DNA from: Pseudomonadota bacterium
Lineage (GTDB): Bacteria > Bdellovibrionota > Bdellovibrionia > Bdellovibrionales > Bdellovibrionaceae
Length of the DNA stretch: 64,000 nucleotides
Direction of reading: 5' to 3'
NCBI GenBank assembly: GCA_041178425.1
Contig: JBEGVH010000009.1
Coordinates: 96,001 to 160,000 of the forward strand
Positions 48,870 through 56,215 of this stretch are shown piece after piece (position 1 is the first letter of the stretch; every line of letters begins with the position of its first letter). A program made the translations under genes and the position numbers. The notes under the pieces were generated by a model. That model had not been told where the DNA came from, did no database searches, and saw only the letters and a list, made by a program, of their open reading frames with translations.

Positions 48870-50051
48870 TTACTTTAACGAACGTAAATGCAGTACAATT
48901 TCTTTAAGTACGACAACAAAGCGATCCAGATCATCTTTTTGGGTGTCCCAACCAAAACTCACCCGCAAACTACTTTGTGCCTCTTCTCGGCTGAGGCCCA
49001 TCGCTAACAAAACCGGGCTCGGCTCTGGAGATCCACTGCTGCATGCAGCACCCGTACTGACGGCAAAGCCTGCCAAGTCAAGCCTCATCAACAATGTTTC
49101 CCCATCAACGCCCTCAATAACAAGGGAGCTGGTGTTAGGTAATCGAGGGGCCTTGTCTGCTGTGATGCTGACTCCGGAGAGGACCTTCAACAACTGCCCC
49201 TCAAAATAAGCTCTCAGCTCTGAACGACTTAAGTGATGTTCATAGACGTTCTCCAGGTGAGGGACGATTTCTTGAATGGATCGAAGAGCCAGAATATTCT
49301 CCGTCCCACCTCGACGCTGGCGCTCCTGTCCCCCTCCTGTGATTTGACTACAGAGAGGAGAATTCTTTTTTATATACAACCAACCCGCCCCTTTGAGCGC
49401 ATGAAATTTGTGTGCCGAAAAACTCGCGTAATCAACACCACATTGGTTCAAATGAATACTGAGTTTTCCCAAGGCTTGAACGGCATCAGTATGAACCCGA
49501 ACACCCTTTTGTTTCGAATACTGAACTATTTTTTCTATTGGGAGGATTGTGCCCGTTTCGTTATTGGCAATCATCATCGAAACTAAAACAGTCTCTTCGC
49601 TGAAGGCTGTTTCAAATTCGCTCCAAGCGAATTCTCCATCGCGATTCACAGAAATTCGACTCACTCTCACACCAAGTTTCTCCAATTCGTCTAGCGTTTT
49701 CTTTACGCTTGGATGTTCGATGGTGCTGGTGATAAAATGGATTTTATTGATTGAACGACCTTGCCTTAAATAATGTTCAAACGTTCCGCGCAAAACTAAA
49801 TTGTTTGATTCGGAGCCGCCGCTGGTAAAAACCAACTCCAAAGGGTGGCACCCAAGACCCTTGGCCAATTTTTCTCGAGTTTCTCGCAAGATCGTTTTAG
49901 AGCCTCGCCCAGCCCAATGAATAGAACTCGGATTTCCCCAGACTTTGAGCCATTCCTGAATATTCTCAGAAATGGTCATCAACGGAGGAGTGGTTGCATT
50001 GTGGTCGAGATACACTCGACCTTCAGAGGGCTTTAAAAGTTTTATTGTCAT
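48870..50051 (-). CDS. cysteine desulfurase (IscS/NifS family)
   Basis: YLDHNATTP, GNPSS, FTSGGSESNN, SAHK, STGAACSSG. Confidence 0.95.
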   Translation of the reverse strand: MTIKLLKPSEGRVYLDHNATTPPLMTISENIQEWLKVWGNPSSIHWAGRGSKTILRETREKLAKGLGCHPLELVFTSGGSESNNLVLRGTFEHYLRQGRSINKIHFITSTIEHPSVKKTLDELEKLGVRVSRISVNRDGEFAWSEFETAFSEETVLVSMMIANNETGTILPIEKIVQYSKQKGVRVHTDAVQALGKLSIHLNQCGVDYASFSAHKFHALKGAGWLYIKKNSPLCSQITGGGQERQRRGGTENILALRSIQEIVPHLENVYEHHLSRSELRAYFEGQLLKVLSGVSITADKAPRLPNTSSLVIEGVDGETLLMRLDLAGFAVSTGAACSSGSPEPSPVLLAMGLSREEAQSSLRVSFGWDTQKDDLDRFVVVLKEIVLHLRSLK

Positions 50052-50100
50052 GACGCAGGCAACCTACCATAAACAAAGGCCTTTTCACAAGGGAAGAAAC

Positions 50101-50128
50101 TAAAGCTTCTCTCTCTGTTAGCCGATAG
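50101..50128 (+). promoter_or_regulatory. putative sigma28 (FliA) promoter
   Basis: TAAA-N16-GCCGATAG, ending 7 nt before the ATG at 50136. Confidence 0.55.
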
Positions 50129-50135
50129 CAGGATC

Positions 50136-51383
50136 ATGAATGACGTGTTTTGGAAAACCAAATTTCCTGAGGTTTATCAGTCAGTCCAGGCTTTACCTGA
50201 GGCCCAAGCCCGAGATCCCCAGGAATGGACTCAGTTGGCCATTGAGAGCAGTCTTTTAAGCTCGGAGGACTACCTCCCGGTAGCTCAAAATTATTATTCC
50301 CTAGCGGTTTTAAATGATCGTTTTTTCACAGAACAATTTACGACACTGGTCTATGAAAAATACAAATCTGAGTTCAATTGGAGCTCAACGGCAGTGCCTT
50401 TTGCTGAATGGGATGGCGTTGTTTTTGTCGCCTGCCTAGATCCCCACCAGGTTCCCTCGAATCTAGAAACCGTTTACCGGCCGATATTAGCCTCCTACGA
50501 AGGCCTTACATGGGCCTGGAATCGATTGCACCAACAGCAAACAGACCTCGAAGAAACAAAGTTCGCTGAAACGGAACGCACTTCTCCCGCTCCGAAAACG
50601 CCACCTCCGCCTCCGCCGGCAGCAGATTCCTTAGCCACATTTACACCGCCACCAACCGTATCATCTGGGATCCAATCAACACAAAATCTGTTTGAACTCG
50701 TTGATACTCCAAGTGAGGCAACCTCCGAAGAGGAATTGCTCAGCTCGGAACCGCAGCCAGAGGCAGAATTTGAAATGCCTGAAGGGCTTTCGTTTGGACT
50801 TGCACCAGCACCAAGCACACCACCGCCTCCTCCACCTCAGGCTCCCCCGGCACCACCCAAGCGGCAAGTGGCACCACCGCCTTCGCCTAGAAATGATTTG
50901 AGAGATTTTGAAAGAACGGCGGCCCAGCAATTAAATATTAAAATCAATCCTGATCAGGCCATCGAAGAAGAACTCATGCTATGTTTTGCAAAAGCTTTTC
51001 AAAACTACAGAAACTTAATGATTCTGAAAGTACATGGTGATCAAGCAATTCCTTTTCGGTGGGATCCCAGCTACCGACCACCAAAGTCTGTAGAGCCCGT
51101 TAACCTTAGTAAACCAAGCGTATTTAGAATTGTATCAAAAACTCAAAAACCTTTTCACGGACCCGTCGTCCTCAACGACACCAATAAGGCTTTTTTTGCG
51201 GCCTGGTTCGGCGGCCTTCAACCGGGATTCCTAACGATTATTCCCCTCTTTTTTGATGGAGAAATGGCAGGAATGATTTTAGCGGCAGCCGATCAAATGC
51301 CTGACTCTAAGGGAAGCCTGAATTTGATGCAAACAACAGCGCAAAAGGTGGAGTCTACTTTTGGTGCGAGAATAGCCGTTTAA
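50136..51383 (+). CDS. hypothetical protein: GspE/PilB N-terminal-like domain, Pro-rich linker, GAF-like C-terminal domain
   Basis: AVPFAEWDGVVFVACLDP (T2SSE_N-like); poly-Pro linker; SVFRIV..KPFHGP...IIPLFFDGEMAGMILA (GAF-like). Confidence 0.55.
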   Translation: MNDVFWKTKFPEVYQSVQALPEAQARDPQEWTQLAIESSLLSSEDYLPVAQNYYSLAVLNDRFFTEQFTTLVYEKYKSEFNWSSTAVPFAEWDGVVFVACLDPHQVPSNLETVYRPILASYEGLTWAWNRLHQQQTDLEETKFAETERTSPAPKTPPPPPPAADSLATFTPPPTVSSGIQSTQNLFELVDTPSEATSEEELLSSEPQPEAEFEMPEGLSFGLAPAPSTPPPPPPQAPPAPPKRQVAPPPSPRNDLRDFERTAAQQLNIKINPDQAIEEELMLCFAKAFQNYRNLMILKVHGDQAIPFRWDPSYRPPKSVEPVNLSKPSVFRIVSKTQKPFHGPVVLNDTNKAFFAAWFGGLQPGFLTIIPLFFDGEMAGMILAAADQMPDSKGSLNLMQTTAQKVESTFGARIAV

Positions 51384-51415
51384 ACTATTCTCACCCGAGT
51401 ACGCGGGGAATGATC

Positions 51416-52267
51416 CTAGCGTACCGATGGTTCTGTTGATTGTTTTTTAAAAACAAGAACTAGATAGGTCTTATACTTGGCAAAAGTCACCGAATCCTGA
51501 TGGGAGTATTTTTCTTTGAGAAAAATCAGCTTATCTCTCATAAAAAACGCCATAAGCTTGTAAACCCATGAAAACTTTCTTCGAACAAATTCAAAAATAG
51601 CCTCACAAACAGGAAACACCTTGGTAAATATAATTTCCTGATACAGATCCATGGTTGGCGCCGTTTCTTTGGTAATATCTTCTTTGTTTACAAGTTCAAA
51701 ACCGGCATTTTTAGCAACCTGTATAAATGACTCAAGCCTGTGACCTGACTTACTCAAATAGGGTTGGTCAATGTCGCGAGTAATAAAAAAATCAACGGCC
51801 ATCACATAGCCACCGGGTTTCACATGTTTTGAATGTAACTTCCAACCTTCTTGAGGGTTGATGTACTGGCAAGACTCCGACATTAGTACCAGGTCAACAC
51901 TTTCAGGTGCCACGTCTTTCACGTTTTCGTAAAGTCCCACGTGAGTTTTTACTTTTTGATTTGTTGCCGCTTTCGTTTTTTCCAAGAGATAAGGATCTGG
52001 ATCAATGCAGGCCACTTGGTAACCCGCCGTCACCATGGCTTTAGCGTTACCACCAGCTCCACAGCCAACATCAAGAATTGAGCGGACGTCTTTGGGAATT
52101 GAAGCGAGAATTTTTTCTGTGTATTTCTGTTGGGCCATTTTTAGCCCGTCGACGTTAATAGGAATTCCAGGTTCAAAATATCCGTAGTGGAGGTAGTCTA
52201 GCCCAAAGAGTTTTTGAGCTAGTTTTAATAAAATATCGTTATAGTAAGTTTTTGAATGTTGTTTCAT
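51416..52267 (-). CDS. class I SAM-dependent methyltransferase (sterol/tocopherol-type)
   Basis: LHYGYF, LDVGCGAGG, ESCQY, KPGG. Confidence 0.88.
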   Translation of the reverse strand: MKQHSKTYYNDILLKLAQKLFGLDYLHYGYFEPGIPINVDGLKMAQQKYTEKILASIPKDVRSILDVGCGAGGNAKAMVTAGYQVACIDPDPYLLEKTKAATNQKVKTHVGLYENVKDVAPESVDLVLMSESCQYINPQEGWKLHSKHVKPGGYVMAVDFFITRDIDQPYLSKSGHRLESFIQVAKNAGFELVNKEDITKETAPTMDLYQEIIFTKVFPVCEAIFEFVRRKFSWVYKLMAFFMRDKLIFLKEKYSHQDSVTFAKYKTYLVLVFKKQSTEPSVR

Positions 52268-52320
52268 AGCTTAAAAGATCTAGCAGACTTTATTCGCAAT
52301 CGACAACGCTTTTATCTCAC

Positions 52321-53025
52321 TTAAGGATTATTCTTGTAAATCACCTCAGCATCGAGATCCTTCCACTTGCTTCCATCTTTTCGTTTTGGCGCAACTCGTC
52401 CAATCATACCCAACAATTCTTTACCGTCATTGCTAAATTTAAAAATAACTGGATCTACAAGGGCAGCGATCACAAAACTGGTTGGCTTGAACTTCAACAA
52501 GACAACATCTCTTCCATCGAGTTTTTCTTGCCCCACTTTGAAAAGAGAAAATCCTACCGTCTCCTGCCGATCCCAAACACCAAAACGAATATCAACAGTC
52601 TCGCCGGCCACAATTTTTTGCCATTGGGTGGCAACGTAGGGCGCGAGCGTGTGCCCGACCACGAAGTTTTCGGGAAACGTCTCTGTAGCTGCTTCTTTTT
52701 TGCTACCGTTGTCTTCAAAATTAAAGATCACTTTGCTTCCATCAACAACAATAGACCCTTTTCGACCCGTCTGGCGATGAGTAACGTCGTACCGTTTTAA
52801 CTTTGCCCCCTGACGCTCAGACGACTCTTCTACAGCCACTTGGCCACTTAAGTCGGAAAAATGAGCCGAAGCTTTCGTAACGCCAGACGAATCAGAAATT
52901 TCATTCTTAAAGTTATAAAGTAACTCTTTTCTATTTGAATCCTTTTTAAAGACTTGGCCGATCACCGTTTCGGCGTGAACCTGATTTGCAAGAGCAAAAA
53001 TAAAAATAACAGACATTAACTTCAT
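52321..53025 (-). CDS. secreted hypothetical beta-rich protein
   Basis: GGAGGA RBS before ATG 53025; signal peptide ending VHA. Confidence 0.75.
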   Translation of the reverse strand: MKLMSVIFIFALANQVHAETVIGQVFKKDSNRKELLYNFKNEISDSSGVTKASAHFSDLSGQVAVEESSERQGAKLKRYDVTHRQTGRKGSIVVDGSKVIFNFEDNGSKKEAATETFPENFVVGHTLAPYVATQWQKIVAGETVDIRFGVWDRQETVGFSLFKVGQEKLDGRDVVLLKFKPTSFVIAALVDPVIFKFSNDGKELLGMIGRVAPKRKDGSKWKDLDAEVIYKNNP

Positions 53026-53086
53026 GTAGGTTTCCTCCACTCATTTACGATAAACAACCAAGGAGGAAATTCAACCTTCTTTTTAC

Positions 53087-53584
53087 CTAGTCGTCCACTC
53101 TTTGTGGAATCACTTTTTTAGTAAAATCGTCTAGCTGCCGACTTTGTTCAAGCTGCTGATCACGATGTTGATTCCAATTCACATGATCAGGAACATCAAC
53201 GGTCTCCGTTGGTGCCGAGATGACCATGGGGGCATGAGTCTTTAACTTAGGCCGCCCTCCTTTTTTTGATTTCCAAACTTTTTGGGCTCTCATTTCCTCT
53301 GATCTAGAATCTTCTATCTCGGCACTCAAGTCGGTGTTTGTGCGAGGTATCTCACTAACAGGAACAGGGCGACCGGCAATCTCTCGCACCCCTTTTGTTT
53401 TTACCGGTTTCAACCGAACTGACATTTCATTGGGAACAGACGAAGGCCGAGTAAGCTTTTTAAACTCGGTTCCACCACCCCGACTAATTGATGAGCGACT
53501 CTGGCGCTCAGTCGACGAGAGTCCTTTCGCCATAACATTTGCACTCAAAAACATAACAAAAGCTAGGTAGAAAGATCTAATCAC
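53087..53584 (-). CDS. secreted basic low-complexity hypothetical protein
   Basis: Signal peptide; Arg/Lys/Ser-rich, probably disordered; GGAG RBS. Confidence 0.6.
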   Translation of the reverse strand: MIRSFYLAFVMFLSANVMAKGLSSTERQSRSSISRGGGTEFKKLTRPSSVPNEMSVRLKPVKTKGVREIAGRPVPVSEIPRTNTDLSAEIEDSRSEEMRAQKVWKSKKGGRPKLKTHAPMVISAPTETVDVPDHVNWNQHRDQQLEQSRQLDDFTKKVIPQRVDD

Positions 53585-53743
53585 TCCACTCTCCTGTTTC
53601 TCTTATAGTAACCAGACTTTGATTTAGTTTCCAGTTTGCTCGCTGCGCCACAAAATACTGGCGCAAACGAACAGATCTAAGTCCTTTAATGAAACGAACG
53701 CCATTGCCGGCCCCAAATAGTGCAGCACGCCAAATCCAAACAC

Positions 53744-53770
53744 TAAAGTTTTTAACTTTTCGTCCGAAAA
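53744..53770 (+). promoter_or_regulatory. putative sigma28 (FliA) promoter
   Basis: TAAAGTTT-N11-TCCGAAAA versus consensus TAAAGTTT-N11-GCCGATAA; ends 19 nt before ATG 53790. Confidence 0.65.
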
Positions 53771-53789
53771 AGAGACTAAGGGAAAATAT

Positions 53790-55208
53790 ATGAGCTTAAA
53801 CTACCAGCATGAAAAAAAGAAACATCAGGAAAACTTTTGGACTTCCTATGCTGACCTATACAGTACCCTCTTTACTATCTTTCTTTTTATTTACGTTGCT
53901 TCGACCCTTAAGCAAGGCACTAGAACTCTCGAACAGGTTCAAGATAAAAAATATTTAGTAAATCAAATTGAAGATCTAAAGCAGCAATTAAAGGTCTACG
54001 AAGCACTCAAAGACAACTACATGAAAAAAGAAGCGTCAGGAGAAGAAAGCGCTCTTTACGATGAACTCATAGGCAAGCTGGATCTATTGCAAGAAGAGGC
54101 TAAAAACGAAAAAGAAGCCCTTCGTCGAAAAGCGATGGAAAACGAGCGCAAAGAAAAAGCACTCAATAAATATCAACAGCTCATTCGGAATATGATCAAC
54201 TCGAATGTCATCGCTAAAACAAAAATTCAATATCGCAATGAATTAATATCAGAAAAAGAGACTTTGATAGAAAAGCAAAACACAGAAATCGCCACCTTAG
54301 ACGCCGACGTTGCTGCTAAACGAACTGAACTAGCCAGCAAAGAGCAACAGCTCAACCAAGTAAGCGAAGAGCTACGGCAAAAAGAACTTAAACTCACTGA
54401 AGCCAAGGGGCAATACGACCTTTCTCTCGCGGACGCTCGTCAGAAATTTCAAAACGAACTTAATTCGGCTCAAAATAGTTTTAACGAAGCCATAAACAAA
54501 GAACGACTGTCTGGAGCTGAAAGGGCTGCAAGAGAAAAATCGTTCCGCGACCAGATGAGCGCAAGAGAGAAAGCCTACGAAGGACAATTGGCCGCTCTTA
54601 AATCGAAATACGATAGCACTCAAGGTGAACTCCGAAAAGCCATCGATCAGATTAACACCCGAAAGAAACTCACTGACCAGATCAAAAATCGATTTGCTAA
54701 AAATGGAATTCAGATTGAAATAGATGAAAAATCTGGCGAGGTCGTGCTCGACTTTAAAGATAGCTATTTCGAAACTGGCAAAGCTATTTTAAAGACCGAA
54801 ATGATTGAAAACCTCAGACGATTTATACCCCTGTACACAGATGGGCTTTTCGAAGACGATGCCACCGCTAATAAAATTGCTTCTGTTGAAATCATCGGCT
54901 TTGCCTCACCTACCTACAAGGGAAAATACGTAGATCCATCAAGCCTAGAGGCGTCTAACCGTGATGCCGTCAATTACAATCTCGATTTAAGTTATGCGAG
55001 AGCCAAGGCTATATTTACGTATGTTGCCAATACCGATAAATTGCAGTTCAAAAACCAACAGCGGTTCATGGGCTTGGTAAAAGTCACAGGACGAAGTTTT
55101 CTCGCTCAAAAAACAGATGTTAATGGAGCGGCAGTGGATGATTTTTGCAAGGTCAATGACTGCAAAAAAGAGCAAAAGGTAATTATTAAATTTAATTTAA
55201 AGGATTAA
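53790..55208 (+). CDS. MotB/ZorB-like protein: TM with conserved Asp, long coiled coil, OmpA-like domain
   Basis: ENFWTSYADLYSTLFTIFLFIYV; ~260 aa of E/K/Q-rich coil; YFETGKAILK...VEIIGFAS...NLDLSYARAKAI. Confidence 0.8.
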   Translation: MSLNYQHEKKKHQENFWTSYADLYSTLFTIFLFIYVASTLKQGTRTLEQVQDKKYLVNQIEDLKQQLKVYEALKDNYMKKEASGEESALYDELIGKLDLLQEEAKNEKEALRRKAMENERKEKALNKYQQLIRNMINSNVIAKTKIQYRNELISEKETLIEKQNTEIATLDADVAAKRTELASKEQQLNQVSEELRQKELKLTEAKGQYDLSLADARQKFQNELNSAQNSFNEAINKERLSGAERAAREKSFRDQMSAREKAYEGQLAALKSKYDSTQGELRKAIDQINTRKKLTDQIKNRFAKNGIQIEIDEKSGEVVLDFKDSYFETGKAILKTEMIENLRRFIPLYTDGLFEDDATANKIASVEIIGFASPTYKGKYVDPSSLEASNRDAVNYNLDLSYARAKAIFTYVANTDKLQFKNQQRFMGLVKVTGRSFLAQKTDVNGAAVDDFCKVNDCKKEQKVIIKFNLKD

Positions 55209-55229
55209 TTCTCAATTAGGAGGAAGAAA

Positions 55230-56183
55230 ATGACAGCTGGAGTTGGCGCGGTGACGCCGGAATTAAGTCTCCTCGATATTTTGTTTAAGCTGATGTCGAT
55301 GGGCCTAATGGGATTCATGCTCACTGTTTTTATTGTCGGAGCTATTGCTCGCATCCTCATTTTCTACACCGTTAAAAGACACGAATGGTTCACCATTGAA
55401 TTTCTAAAGCGAATTCGATCGGCGATGGATGCAAGAAAAGATGACACTCCTTTTGGGTCTTTCTATGGCAATACACGCAAACTCTTAGAGAGAACTTACT
55501 ATGAGGTTTTCAAAGTTCGCTCGGTGATGAAACGTCGCCGTCCCGATCTCCTTATGGATCCAATGGATCGTTGGTTCCTTATTAAACAAGGCAGTGCGTG
55601 GCTCATCCATGAAGTCTTGCGTAACATTCGTTTTTTAAGACCTGGGATGCATCCAAAAATGCATGAACTGACGAGATCAATTATTCAGGCGAACCCCGCA
55701 TACAACCGAATTTTTGGAATTTTTCCTGTGGGGACCCTTACTGAAGTTACCAATCTCCTGCCTGGCCTTTTTGTTATCGGAGGTATTTTGGGAACCTTCC
55801 TCGGAATCAAAAATGCACTCCCTGAATTAGCAGCCCTGGATCTCGAAAATCCTGACGCAACAAAAACAGCAATCGCAAGTTTTCTGACAGCAATTACCTT
55901 TAAGATGAACTCTTCGATCTTTGGTATTCTTTACTCCGTCGCTTTCTCATTATTGAATTCATGGCTCGCCCCCGAGCGCGTTTTTGTCAACACGGTTGAC
56001 CTCTTTGAAAGCGGTTTAGATACCATTTGGAATCTTTCTGATCACACCGTCGGTCATTCAGCTCAACCTGATTTTGATGAAAACAAAGATCCAATGGAAG
56101 CTCTGGCTTCTGAATTTTTGAGGGATGAAATCGATCGGCAATCGGGAATTTTAACAAATAGGGGCCTTAATAAAGCTTCTTAA
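55230..56183 (+). CDS. MotA/ZorA-like ion channel subunit
   Basis: Three TM regions; LPGLFVIGGILGTFLGI and MNSSIFGILYSVAFSLL. AGGAGG RBS. Confidence 0.75.
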   Translation: MTAGVGAVTPELSLLDILFKLMSMGLMGFMLTVFIVGAIARILIFYTVKRHEWFTIEFLKRIRSAMDARKDDTPFGSFYGNTRKLLERTYYEVFKVRSVMKRRRPDLLMDPMDRWFLIKQGSAWLIHEVLRNIRFLRPGMHPKMHELTRSIIQANPAYNRIFGIFPVGTLTEVTNLLPGLFVIGGILGTFLGIKNALPELAALDLENPDATKTAIASFLTAITFKMNSSIFGILYSVAFSLLNSWLAPERVFVNTVDLFESGLDTIWNLSDHTVGHSAQPDFDENKDPMEALASEFLRDEIDRQSGILTNRGLNKAS

Positions 56184-56215
56184 GCGGAAGCAAAAATTAG
56201 GTTATTGAGGAATGT

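Noticed and set aside
53790..56183. Flagellar stator motAB
   Set aside because: Order is B then A, the A subunit has three rather than four TM regions, the B subunit has a very long coil, and no flagellar genes are adjacent.
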